A stretch of 64,000 nucleotides of DNA from an uncultured Poribacteria bacterium (GTDB lineage: Bacteria > Poribacteria > WGA-4E > WGA-3G): the NCBI GenBank assembly GCA_951828515.1, contig OX639992.1:4304509-4368508 (forward strand). The letters run 5' to 3'. Made by a program: the position numbers and the translations under genes. Shown here piece after piece: positions 33,901-42,884 of this stretch. The notes beneath the pieces are model-generated. The model did no database searches, was not told where the DNA came from, and saw nothing but the letters and a program-made list of their open reading frames with translations. The stretch's first letter is position 1. Each line of letters begins with the position of its first letter.

Positions 33901-34619
33901 CCGTTGAAAGCCCCATCCTGAGCCGCGCCGCACCCCGTGTCACAGTCGTCATTCTACCCGAAGATGTCAACCACGATGGTGTGGTGAGTATCCTCGATCT
34001 GTTTGATGTCGCTGCAAATTTTGGGAAAACGGTTGAGGATCCGACAGAAATTAATCCAGACGTCAATAGAGATGGCATCGTGGATACGACTGATTTCAAC
34101 TTGGTCAAGGAACGGTTAAAATTGGGGACGGATACCCTCGAGGCTGCAAACAATGCGCCTGCGATTGGAGAAATGTTCACCGTGTTGGATCGGGCAACGT
34201 TGGAGAAGTTGGATCCAACAACCCTCAAGGCACAACTCGACAGATTACGCGCTAAAAGCGACGGTTCTCTGAAATACCTACGTGCGATCGCGTTGCTTGA
34301 AAGTGTGTTGGCGGCACTGCGTCCCGTCGAGACGTTGCTATTAGCCAACTATCCCAACCCGTTCAACCCTGAAACATGGATCCCGTATCACTTAGCGAAT
34401 GCCAGCGATGTGGTCATCACGATCTACGATATGCGTGGCAGCGTTGTCCGCCGATTGGAACTCGGTCATCAACGTGAAGGCTACTACACCAGCCGGAGTC
34501 GTGCGGCGTATTGGGACGGCAGAAACCATATCGGCGAACGCGTGGCAAGTGATGTGTATTTCTACCAGTTGGAGGCGGATAATAGGTCTCTTCTGCGTAA
34601 GATGGTCATTTTGAAGTAG
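21906..34619 (+). CDS. Giant secreted surface protein (~4240 aa): signal peptide, ~13 cadherin-like repeats, two 24-aa LRR blocks, ~17 Ig-like repeats, dockerin/EF-hand-like pair, C-terminal sorting-like domain
   Basis: MKRFSVLFAISLALICIPCITSA; AENT...LDYET...NVNEAP; LP.GIFD.LTAL..L.L..N; F.VTVVFSEAVTGF; DVNHDGVV..DL; LLANYPNPFNPETWIPY (alternative start 21888). Confidence 0.92.
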   Translation: MKRFSVLFAISLALICIPCITSAQGNAAPTFTDGDSTTRSVAENTAAGETIGSAVAATDTDTGDTLTYTLGGTDASSFDIVSTSGQLQTKDALDYETGNSYEVTVSVSDSTDTDTITVTINVTNVNEAPTFPDTTNTTLEVTNHTPVGTNIDPAVSATDPDVTATNTDVNPDNAIVDALTYTLGGTDASSFEIDAETGQLRTVEGVAFDRTIQSSYSVTVTASDGEFSVEISVGITVVLTPPNERTPQVQDAIVDALPHRSSIDDVTLDDLRLITHIRMWDLYVPDMVDLTALQAGDFDGFTEVTNIRIHGANLTTLPEGLFSGLTKLQYLNLGHVGPLSTAISLIGNQLSELPADIFDGLTALEELHLGDNNLGENDLPADIFDGLTALKQIWLNNNELTTLPEGLFSGLTLNRLHLQENDLGEGGLPEGLFDGATVGSINLWHNDLSELPEGIFDGLTTLWNLSLGNNDLSVLPAGIFDELTALGSLGLGSNDLSELPEGIFDKLTALWELGLQHNELSELPADIFDELTALTGLGLASNDLSVLPAGIFDGLTKLEELYLDGNVFSTLPEGIFGGLTALTILDLESDLVSSFRVPVSIEEVSGGAFKATAPTGAPFPIVLSLTVTKGTLSETTVTIPTGALESDAFVVVPTPGETIAAVNVDIDEPLPSIPSTHNGYNLVYKDIRAPNVSIMVPTGVQNGEFEVTVVFNEEVRFFEQIGLFMKGTSEPSIAEWNPQEGGTDYKATITTVRSGTAIFEVAASRAADFSHNLNTAAEQKTVNILIGPTFSDGDSTTRAVNENTAAGENIGTPVAATDPDSDDILTYTLGGTDASSFDIDAETGQLQTKAELDYETDDSYTVTVSVSDGNSGTDAIDVTIEVTNVNEAPKFATTTATRSIAENTAAGIDIGEPVAATDPDVAGTNTDVNPDDATVDALTYTLGGTDTASFAIDSDTGQLETKVALDYETKDSYEVTVTASDGGTDTASITVTINITDVNEDVPNSAPTFTAGDSTTRSVAENTAAGEDIGSAVAATDTDIGDTLTYTLSGTDASSFAIVSTSGQLQTKDALDYETDNSYEVTVSVSDSIDTDTITVTISVTNVNEAPAFATTTTTRSIAENTAASTDIGTAVSATDPDVAGTNTDVNPDDPNVDALTYTLGGTDAASFDIVSTSGQLQTKLALDYETDNSYSVTVTVSDGGTDTASITVTINITNVNEAPKFATTTATRSIAENTAVGTAIGEPVAATDPDGTTDVNPEDDNVDALTYTLGGTDAASFVIDSETGQLKTKVALDYETKDSYEVTVTVSDGGTDTASITVVINITTAPTFTDGASTTRSVAENTAAGEAIGSAVAATDADSGNTLTYTLGGDPDAASFTIVSTSGQLQTKDALDYETKDSYEVTVTASDDNDSTDAITVTINVTNVNEAPTFPGTGTTATRSIAENTGTGENIGAAVSATDPDGTTDVNPTDATVDALTYTLGGTDAALFAIDADTGQLQTVAGVVFDRTIQSSYSVTVTASDGEFMVTISVDITVVVTPVCDRTPQIRAAIIAAVPGVTDCADVTETHLAAIPTLNVSSQGITTLKAGDFDGLTTLITLNLNANRLSTLPAGVFDELTALTTLNLRHNQMMTLPADVFDELTALTNLNLNRNQISELRAEVFDKLTALTVLYLDNNQMMTLREDVFDKLTALTTLSLNANQLSELPAGVFDELTALTTLFLNHNQMMTLREDVFDKLTVLTTLFLNNNLLSELPADVFDKLTALTSLSLGANLLSELPADVFDKLTALTALSLSDNLLSALPAEVFKGLTALTELYLSENTVDPLPVTVSLKKGAEGAFKATAHTGAPFAIALPVTVTSGTLDGDATTITVPIGDVESDPLTVTRTAGTTAAVTVDIGTLPDLPSDHNGYALVKSADLPLEIFEDVSNAAPTFSAGDSTTLSVAENTAAGEDIGSAVAATDTDTGDTLTYTLGGTDASSFAIVSTSGQLQTKDALDYETDNSYEVTVSVSDGTDTDTITVTISVTNVNEAPKFATTTATRSIAENTAASTDIGAAVSATDPDGTTDVNPDDATVDALTYTLGGTDAASFDIDSETGQLETKVALDYETDNSYEVTVSVSDGTDTDTITVTISVTNVNEAPKFATTTATRSIAENTAASTNIGAVVSATDPDGTTDVNPDDDNVDALTYTLGGTDASSFAIVGTSGQLQTKLALDYETDNSYTVTVSVSDGTDTDSITVTINITNVNEAPKFATTTTTRSIAENAAVGTNIGAAVSATDPDGTTDVNPEDANVDALTYTLGGTDAASFNIVGTSGQLQTKVALDHETKPSYEVTVTASDGGTDTASITVTINILETTRPNVSITVPTGVQNGAFEVTVVFDEAVTGFAQSELVVTGTSGSSITTWNPQTGGTDYKATITPTQTGTAIFKVAASVAKDAAENQNTAAIQQTVQVDMTRPTVSITIPSGAQNGVFEVTVVFSEAVTGFAQSELVVTGTSGASITAWNPQTGGTDYKATITPTSGGTAIFNVAENVAEDTGGNQNTVATQQTVQVDMTSPTVSITIPSSVQNAPFDVTVVFSEAVTGFEQSELVVTGTSGSSITAWNPQDGGTDYKATITPTQTGTAIFNVAANVAADAATNQNTAATQQTVQVNLTRPTVSITIPSDAQNGAFEVTVVFSEAVTGFAQSELVVTGTSGASITTWSPQTGGTDYKATITPTSGGTAIFNVAENVAEDTGGNQNTVATQQTVQVDMTSPTVSLTIPSGVQNAPFDVTVVFSEAVTGFEQSELVVTGTSGSTITAWNPQDGGTDYKATITPTSSGTALFNVAANVAADAATNQNTAATQQTVQVNLTRPTVSITIPSDAQNGAFEVTVVFSEAVTGFAQSELVVSGTSGSSITTWSPQTGGTDYKATITPTSGGTAIFNVAANVAEDTGGNQNTVATQQTVQVDMTQPTVSITIPSSVQNAPFDVTVVFSEAVTDFIQSELAVSGTSGSSITAWSPQTGGTDYKATITPTQTGTAIFNVAANVAADAATNQNTAATEKTVQVDRTQPTVSITIPSEAQNGAFEVTVVFSEAVTGFAQSELVVSGTSGSSITTWSPQTGGTDYKATITPTSSGTAIFNVAANVAKDAVENQNTAAPQQTVQVDMTQPTVSLTIPSGVQNAPFDVTVVFSEAVTGFVQSDLAVSGTSGSSITAWNPQDGGTDYKATITPTSSGTAIFNVAANVAADAATNQNTAATQQTVQVNLTRPTVSITTPSDAQNGAFDVTVVFSEAVTGFEQSELVVTGTSGASITAWNPQTGGTDYKATITPTQTGTAIFNVAANVAEDTGSNGNTAASEQTVQVDRTRPTVSITIPSGAQNGAFEVTVVFDEAVTGFVQSELVVTGTSSASITAWNPQTGGTDYRATITPTQTGTAIFNVAASVAKDAAENQNIAATQQTVQVDMTLPAVSITTPSGAQNGAFDVTVVFSEAMTGFVQSELIVSGTSGASITAWNPQTGDTDYKAAITPTQTGTAIFNVSANVAEDAATNGNTAASEQTVQVVLVIPSAVRDDSLEPLMSVIKADGTLYDPDVDIFTSTDPDNDPVTFSVNIDFGEAVSGFVQADFTINQSGQTDDTLITNWVADVDGARYTAKIICKKKGGVSFWVDENVAQSVATDAWNTASARQVVSVFYDVGTQDDTHPFVTLTVPPVEEVQTETFIVTVSFNERVFDFTQSDLSIVPRFRQSAPLDEKPPGKVVSIEGWEPDADGMRYTATIALLEARPRESDGKIYDQFWVGFMVQEGVAQDAGGNPNGAVGEKLVTVTLPKESDKTSPTVKIVPPDDSPAGAFDAKICFSEVVIGFTESDLQVTGTAGATITDWKIQEDEEDEENVHVFIATLTPTQDGTVTLNVSANVAKDAAGNGNTEATQQSITVAGFDSRPTVRIIASEGVNLDPFQVTIEFSAAVTDFVQSELLCTGTAEMTVADWSGSGVSYTAMLTPKCGGTLRLDVAKGAANAGTVESPILSRAAPRVTVVILPEDVNHDGVVSILDLFDVAANFGKTVEDPTEINPDVNRDGIVDTTDFNLVKERLKLGTDTLEAANNAPAIGEMFTVLDRATLEKLDPTTLKAQLDRLRAKSDGSLKYLRAIALLESVLAALRPVETLLLANYPNPFNPETWIPYHLANASDVVITIYDMRGSVVRRLELGHQREGYYTSRSRAAYWDGRNHIGERVASDVYFYQLEADNRSLLRKMVILK
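28975..32535 (+). repeat. Twelve tandem 297-bp (99-aa) Ig-like coding repeats
   Basis: Repeating PTVSITIP..QN..F.VTVVF; antisense shadow ORFs recur every 297 bp. Confidence 0.9.
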
Positions 34620-34779
34620 GCTTCCTCATTGCAGGTGAAATTACTGTGCCAGTGATGCCGTAACACTGGACTGCGTTTTATTTTTGGTTCTAAAAATATT
34701 CAACGACGGGCGGATTGAACGCCATCCCATACAACGTAACTATGATCGCTGGCGAGGTTTTTAACCTCGCCATTTTACG

Positions 34780-35580
34780 TCACGGTTTGGTATCGGTGTT
34801 AACAGGCGGTTCCTCGTTGTTAATAAACCGTTCAATCGTGTTAATTGTTGCTGGACTCGTACGGAAGTCGGCAACCCACGGTTCACGGAAGTATGCCTGC
34901 TTGTCACGCGGTAGCGCGGAGATTACTTCGGGCGGAGTCTTCAACCGATGCCAGTGGGTCGCGAGATGCGCGTAGGCATTTAGAACTGCTACACGCGGTG
35001 CTTCTCGTTGCCAAACAGGACCCGCATGACACAGATTTTCTGTAAAGAAGATCGCACTGCCTGCTGGGCATTCATACGACATCAGGAACGGACTCCGTTT
35101 CGCCTCCTCTAACGACATGTGATCGGGATGCATCGGGAAGTTGGACTTATGACTGCCCGCGATGAAATGCGTGGCACCGTCCTTTTTGGTGACATCTGTG
35201 AGTTCAAAGACGACGCGCACCATTCCCGCGTGAATCCGTCCGTTATTGAACCGATACCCGAAAATCGGATCGCCTTGCTGCGGTCCGCCACCGTGAAGCC
35301 CCCCGTGTTCCTGTCCTTTTTCACGCCAGACGGAGGAGCAGTTCTCCAATCGAACATCGGGCCCGATGATTTCGTGCAAGACATCGAGCACCTTCGGATG
35401 GTCGATGAGGACATTCGCCGGACCACCGGGGACGGCGCGGTGCTCTGGTGGTAAAGACTCCGGCTCGTGATGTATCCGTTCGATCTGTTCAACAATTGCT
35501 GCCACTTCGTCGCGTTCAAGGATAGCAGGGCGAACAAGAAATCCGCTCAAATCGAATCGAAATTTTTCTTCGTCGGTCAT
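34780..35580 (-). CDS. PhyH family dioxygenase with HGG in place of HxD
   Basis: FDLSGFLV, LHGGG, IAGSHK, FTENLCH; RBS GGAG before MTDEEK. Confidence 0.85.
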   Translation of the reverse strand: MTDEEKFRFDLSGFLVRPAILERDEVAAIVEQIERIHHEPESLPPEHRAVPGGPANVLIDHPKVLDVLHEIIGPDVRLENCSSVWREKGQEHGGLHGGGPQQGDPIFGYRFNNGRIHAGMVRVVFELTDVTKKDGATHFIAGSHKSNFPMHPDHMSLEEAKRSPFLMSYECPAGSAIFFTENLCHAGPVWQREAPRVAVLNAYAHLATHWHRLKTPPEVISALPRDKQAYFREPWVADFRTSPATINTIERFINNEEPPVNTDTKP

Positions 35581-35814
35581 AGGTTTAGCATCTCCTTCAT
35601 AGGTTCTTCTGAGATAGGATGGACACAGTTTACCCTTTCCGTACAGGCTTTCGTTTGTAGTAGCGCAATTCATTGCGCTTTCTCTGGGAATATCCGTTTA
35701 ATGTCAGCATGAACTCCAAATCTGCGTAAGTCCTGTGAGATAGAGAAGTATAATATGTTTCCGTTTTCTCTGTGAGATTTCTTTTCCAGACGGCACCGAA
35801 ATTTTAGAACGTGT

Positions 35815-36330
35815 CTACCCACTCAAAACTGCGGCCAGGTTCTTGGCTTGACCACATTTACCTTTCTTGATTGCAACAGTTTGGCGGTGAAAACGTATCT
35901 TAGCACGTTCGAGTTTGTAACGTTGAGATTTATCTATCCCTTTACCATGGAACAAGGCAGGAATGCATACGATTTCGAGCGACTGTAATGCCATTGTCGC
36001 GGGTTCAGGCAATTTCCCAAGTACCTCCGTGACGAAATCAGCTGCGCCTTGCAATTGTCCGGTTACCTCTGATGCTTTGAAGGTGCCGCTCTTGAGTTCG
36101 ATGAGCACAACAACCAGTCGGTTTTGGGATGGATTCCCGCAGAAGAGAACATAGTCACATCGTTTCGTGCGCATTTGTTGCTGTTCAAACTCACATTCAA
36201 GGTTTACGATAATCCGAGTAGAGGGGGTGCCAGTTAAGTATACACGACACCCATCTCCACGACAGGATTTGCTAAGACATTCTTCATTTACCTGCTTCCC
36301 GATTTCTGCGAGAAGCTCTTTTAATCCCAC
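35815..36330 (-). CDS. Small PD-(D/E)XK-like putative nuclease
   Basis: RCDYVLF...LIELKSG...QL; directly downstream of the ATPase. Confidence 0.6.
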   Translation of the reverse strand: MGLKELLAEIGKQVNEECLSKSCRGDGCRVYLTGTPSTRIIVNLECEFEQQQMRTKRCDYVLFCGNPSQNRLVVVLIELKSGTFKASEVTGQLQGAADFVTEVLGKLPEPATMALQSLEIVCIPALFHGKGIDKSQRYKLERAKIRFHRQTVAIKKGKCGQAKNLAAVLSG

Positions 36331-36336
36331 TCGTTG

Positions 36337-37782
36337 CTACTCCTTGTTGACTTTCTCAAGTAGGTCTTGGAGGTTAACCGACCGGTCATAGAGTTTATCA
36401 GCCACATCTTCGTAATCTTTCGGTTCTATACCTTCGGTAGGGTCAAACGGAATCTGTTTCACTATCCCATCCTCTTGGAACCACCATGTACCTACTTCTT
36501 CTGGAAGCAGCCAGTGTATTGATTCCATCTTTTTCACCTGCGGTACACCTTTTCTCTTGAGATCGCCTATCCGAATCAGATTCGCAATTTCTTTGAGTAA
36601 CCAGTCGCTGTGCGTTGTCACAACCACCCGTACACCAGCGCGGACTAAGCCAGCAAGGGTTAATGCTATTTCTGTTTGCGCACCGGGGTGTAAGTGTGCC
36701 TCCGGTTCTTCAATGATGAGTGTAACGCCAGGATGGATGCCACTACGGAGAAGAAGCACGACCGGCGCAAGTTCGGACACCATGGATGCCGCACGTGTGA
36801 GACGTACCTCTTCTCCCATCTCGCGTGGGCGATAAAGAAAATCCGGATATCCACTCGGGGCAGGTTTTATTAGAATCTGCCCCGCGAGCACGTCGGATTC
36901 TAATGCATCAGCAAGGTGCTGCATCTCTTCGTCAGGTTCTTCGGATTTTTCGTAGAGGATAAGTTGTTTCATAAAGTCTGCAACAATCCCTGAAAACGTT
37001 GGAACCTCTAAGGGCGTGAGACCTCCACGAGTCGCACGCTCAATCAGTGAACTGGCTATTACTCGATGACTCTGCATAATTCCACTTCGGGCCGCCGGTA
37101 AGTAGGCCCTGTCTTCTGCATATCTGCTTAATTCAAGGGCAAGCGCAATGTATAGATCGCTAATGTCAAGTTTCTCCGTTGACATTACCCATTCTTTGGA
37201 TTGGATGGCTAAATTCTCGTTAACCGATCCGCGTACTGTAAGGTCTGATTCAAAGGCCTTCAAGTTAAAATCCCACAGTTTTTGGTTTTCCTCGCTGACT
37301 TCCAGAGCGACTGTCATTTCATCACGTTGACCGTCTTTTAGCCGAATCAGATCCGTAATTGAATTAAGATCGAAGCAACGTTTGAGCTCGGTCCTGAGAC
37401 TTTCTGGATCTTTGATTTCTGACTGTAACATGTCACAGATTTCCTGTGGTAAGTCAGAAAACTTGAGGGACCGACTAGATGTATTTAGTTTTTCGAGAAC
37501 AGCACTAATGTCAGCATTGATCCGACGGAGCGATTCGTACAGACCCAAGGGGCCCATTTGTCTAGGTCGTCCTGGTAATCGAGAAAAACCGTTAAAAATG
37601 CCGTGTAACGCATAGATAAGGGTGGAGAAATAGGTTTTTCCTGTGTTACTTGGACCTACAAACACCGTCAAAGGATGAAGGTTTATTGTAGCTTCTGCTA
37701 TCGGACCGAAATTCTTGACAGCAATTTCAACATTCGGGGGGCTTGGCATTTCTGGTGTTTCAGGCGTTTTTGTTTTGCTCAT
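36337..37782 (-). CDS. ABC/AAA_21-type ATPase
   Basis: KNFGPI, GPSNTGKT, LIIEEPEAHLHP, TTHS. Confidence 0.88.
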   Translation of the reverse strand: MSKTKTPETPEMPSPPNVEIAVKNFGPIAEATINLHPLTVFVGPSNTGKTYFSTLIYALHGIFNGFSRLPGRPRQMGPLGLYESLRRINADISAVLEKLNTSSRSLKFSDLPQEICDMLQSEIKDPESLRTELKRCFDLNSITDLIRLKDGQRDEMTVALEVSEENQKLWDFNLKAFESDLTVRGSVNENLAIQSKEWVMSTEKLDISDLYIALALELSRYAEDRAYLPAARSGIMQSHRVIASSLIERATRGGLTPLEVPTFSGIVADFMKQLILYEKSEEPDEEMQHLADALESDVLAGQILIKPAPSGYPDFLYRPREMGEEVRLTRAASMVSELAPVVLLLRSGIHPGVTLIIEEPEAHLHPGAQTEIALTLAGLVRAGVRVVVTTHSDWLLKEIANLIRIGDLKRKGVPQVKKMESIHWLLPEEVGTWWFQEDGIVKQIPFDPTEGIEPKDYEDVADKLYDRSVNLQDLLEKVNKE

Positions 37783-38855
37783 TGGAATTTCTCCCTATTT
37801 TCTCTGTGTGTTTTTTGAACAGCGTCAACCAATTTATCCGCACCGAACCGCACGACATCCGTTGCAGGTAACCCTGTCTCTGCCTCCGCTGCGATGATCG
37901 CCTCACGCGCCGCTGCCTCGGACAGGTCGAAACAATTCAACGCCAATCCGATCACTTTGGCAGGCTTGATCGGTGCCGCCATCGCTTCGTATTGCGCTAT
38001 CATCTCAGGAACCGGTGGCAACGGCACTGTATACCGAGCAACTGTATCCCGAGAGGGTTGATGGCAAAATATCATCGCATCTGGTAGACTGCCATGGAGT
38101 AAGCTTAACGTCACGCCGGAATACCCCGGATGTACAAGTGATCCCTGTCCTTCAACGATAAGGAGCGAGTGATCTTTCGCACCCGCAAGCACGATCTGTT
38201 CCGCGGCACCGGCGGTAAAATCAGAGACAACTGCATCGATCGCAATGCCCCAGCCCCATACCATAATCCCGTTTTGCCCTGTTGGACAGAATTCTGCATC
38301 CAAACCACGTTCGCGTGCCGTACGCGTAACCTCTATACCGGATAACATTTTACCGACGCGGCAATCTGAACCCACGGTGAGGATGACTGTGGCATCGACA
38401 GCATCGGCTTTGCACGTGGCAACGGGTAGATCTGCAGGCGGTTTCCGGGCATCCCATAACAGCACATCGTGTGCCGCAGCGAGTTCTGTGAGTTCTGCAT
38501 CTTCACTCAGGAATTGGTGCAAGCCGCTCATAACGTGGAGTCGATTGTGTATCGCTTCATGGAGGATTGCGCGCCAAGCGTGCGGTAATTCACCACCGGG
38601 TGGAGCAATACCGATAGCGAGCATGGTCGGCTCAAACTGCATCGCCTCGGCGAGATCCCGGACAACAGGAATACCCTTCCCAATCTCGATGATTTCGCTG
38701 GTGTCTCGTCCCGCGTTTGCCCTATCGATAACGGCGACGACGTTCTCAGGGAGATAGCGGACTAAGACCGTAGCGGTTTTCGATTCGAGGATGCCGAATG
38801 AACCTTCAGCAAGAATCACGATTCTATGTAATTTCGGTTGTAATTGCTTTAGCAT
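37779..38855 (-). CDS. DUF1611 family P-loop protein
   Basis: GIAPPGG, SGLH, GSDCRVGKM, TGQNGI, VEGQGSL.HP. Confidence 0.85.
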   Translation of the reverse strand: MLKQLQPKLHRIVILAEGSFGILESKTATVLVRYLPENVVAVIDRANAGRDTSEIIEIGKGIPVVRDLAEAMQFEPTMLAIGIAPPGGELPHAWRAILHEAIHNRLHVMSGLHQFLSEDAELTELAAAHDVLLWDARKPPADLPVATCKADAVDATVILTVGSDCRVGKMLSGIEVTRTARERGLDAEFCPTGQNGIMVWGWGIAIDAVVSDFTAGAAEQIVLAGAKDHSLLIVEGQGSLVHPGYSGVTLSLLHGSLPDAMIFCHQPSRDTVARYTVPLPPVPEMIAQYEAMAAPIKPAKVIGLALNCFDLSEAAAREAIIAAEAETGLPATDVVRFGADKLVDAVQKTHRENREKFQ

Positions 38856-39096
38856 TTTTTTGTCCGTCGTTTCAGCAGGATAGGATACTTGTAAATTAGC
38901 ACAAATCGAAATCAATTTCAAGGGGTAGGCAGATAAATTGCTCCTGTAGGAGGGAACTCCGATTCCCGACTCTTGCCGACCGCTGACTGCCGACCGCTAT
39001 TCTGCTGACTGCCGATTGCTGTCTTGCTGATTGCTGTCTTGCTGACGGCTATTCCTGTAGGAGCGAGTTCCACTCGCGATTCTTACCGGATAACTC

Positions 39097-39975
39097 CTAT
39101 AGAAATTGACGCAGATACCTACCACCAAGTGCGAAGCCTTCTAACCCAGGGGCACCGCGATCTTCATTCTCGACGCAAAGGACATAGTCGTAGCCGGATT
39201 CCTGGAGCGCACCGGTAATCGTTCCCCAATTCAATTGTCCGCGCCCGGGCACACGATACTGCCACCACCAGTTCCCTATGATCCCCTGCCGGAACTTCAT
39301 CTGAGGACTGATTTCACAATCCTTCACATCGGCATAATACCATTTGCCGTTGAACATACGGATCGCATCTTCAGCGGGTAGGATACCCATCCAGAGCCAG
39401 TGCGATGGGTCGCAGGAGAGTCCCAGCGAATCCGACGGAATCGCGTCGAGAATTCGTTCCCACATTTCAGGATTACAGGCGATGTTGCCCATACGGACGG
39501 CGCAATCAAGCGCAAGTTGCACGTCTCTCTCTTCGGCGAAGCGGACGACAGGGGTCCACATCTCTTTGAATCGTCCGACGAGTTCAACCGACCTGTCACC
39601 GGGGTTACCGGGTTCTGAAGAGAACTGTCCATAGAAATGCCAACCTACCGGACTGCCAGCGTAGGTCACCACCACGGGAGCACCGAGGATGTGTGCCGCT
39701 TCGATCGCTTGCATCAGTGCGTCGCGCGCGTCATCCCGTATTTCTGGATCATCGTCAAGAAGGTTACAATGCGCAGTTATGGCAGCGAGATAGATACCGT
39801 GGGCATCCAAAATTTCCTTGACCGCTTCGCCGCCAGATTGTATAATGGCACTCGGTTCGACAACGCCGGTGGCGTTCGGACGGATCGCGTCAAATCCGTT
39901 GACTTTTGCCCACGCTGCACATTCGGCAAGGCTCCAACCGCCATTGCCAGCACTCGTACTGAAACTTAAATCCAT
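39097..39975 (-). CDS. Sugar phosphate isomerase/epimerase (AP endonuclease 2 TIM barrel)
   Basis: DPSH, KD, YRVPGRG.LNW, GYDYVLCVENED. Confidence 0.85.
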   Translation of the reverse strand: MDLSFSTSAGNGGWSLAECAAWAKVNGFDAIRPNATGVVEPSAIIQSGGEAVKEILDAHGIYLAAITAHCNLLDDDPEIRDDARDALMQAIEAAHILGAPVVVTYAGSPVGWHFYGQFSSEPGNPGDRSVELVGRFKEMWTPVVRFAEERDVQLALDCAVRMGNIACNPEMWERILDAIPSDSLGLSCDPSHWLWMGILPAEDAIRMFNGKWYYADVKDCEISPQMKFRQGIIGNWWWQYRVPGRGQLNWGTITGALQESGYDYVLCVENEDRGAPGLEGFALGGRYLRQFL

Positions 39976-40009
39976 GATTTTTCCTTTTTGGTGAAGGGAC
40001 TTTCTGCGT

Positions 40010-40687
40010 ATGCAAATTTTATGTGAAGGAAATATTACCGAAAAACTGTTTACACTCTATAATCAACTGCTCGCGCAACACGGGAACCGTAAATGGTGGC
40101 CCGCAGACACACCGTTTGAAGTGGCACTCGGTGCAATTCTAACACAAGCGACTTCGTGGCGCAACGTCGAAAAAGCGATGGAGAATCTCAAAGGGGCTGA
40201 TGCTTTTACGGCTGAAGGGATAGCATCTATCAGTCAAGCCTCTTTGGAACGCCTGATCCGACCCTCACGCTACTTTCGTATGAAGGCACAAAAGGTGCGT
40301 GCTTATGTGGAACATATCGAAGAACGTCCCATGCACGTGATGTTCACGCAAGATGTCCCTGAATTGCGTGAAGAACTGCTCTCCATCTACGGTGTCGGTC
40401 CTGAAACAGCGGATACGATTATCCTTTACGCCGCTGGCAAACCGAGTTTTGTTGTTGATTCCTATACCTATAGGCTTTTCTCACGGCTGGGATGGGTTAC
40501 AGGAAATTACAACTATGACAAGCTTCGTGCGTTGTTTATGGACAACCTTCCCCACGATGTTGACCTATTCAACGAATACCATGCACTAATTGTTGGACAC
40601 GGTGCAAGAATCTGCCACAAGAAGACACCGAATTGCCAGGAGTGTCGTTTACAAACATCGTGTGCATATTACCAGTCGTCTGAATGA
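40010..40687 (+). CDS. HhH-GPD endonuclease III-related protein
   Basis: WWPADTPFEV..GAILTQ, LLSIYGVGPETAD, C-terminal Cys cluster. Confidence 0.88.
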   Translation: MQILCEGNITEKLFTLYNQLLAQHGNRKWWPADTPFEVALGAILTQATSWRNVEKAMENLKGADAFTAEGIASISQASLERLIRPSRYFRMKAQKVRAYVEHIEERPMHVMFTQDVPELREELLSIYGVGPETADTIILYAAGKPSFVVDSYTYRLFSRLGWVTGNYNYDKLRALFMDNLPHDVDLFNEYHALIVGHGARICHKKTPNCQECRLQTSCAYYQSSE

Positions 40688-40804
40688 GAATATGAGGTGT
40701 GCACCAACTTACGACACCGGGGGGATAGTTTGAGATTCGAATAAAGTATATTCGATTGTAGGGGCAGTCCTTGTGGCTGCCCTCTTAAAATTCTCGGCGT
40801 GTTG

Positions 40805-42814
<2,010 letters not shown>

Positions 42815-42884
42815 TTATCCGGTTTTAGAAGGGCTTCTAAAAATTTTAAACAACCTGGACCGGTCGCAAATACATCTATTTGCG

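Noticed and set aside
22334-34348. Many minus-strand ORFs within the giant gene
   Set aside because: Antisense shadows that recur with the repeat period; no independent coding signal.
21888-34619. Diversity-generating retroelement acting on the LRR/Ig repeats
   Set aside because: No reverse transcriptase in the window, and repeat differences do not appear adenine-specific.
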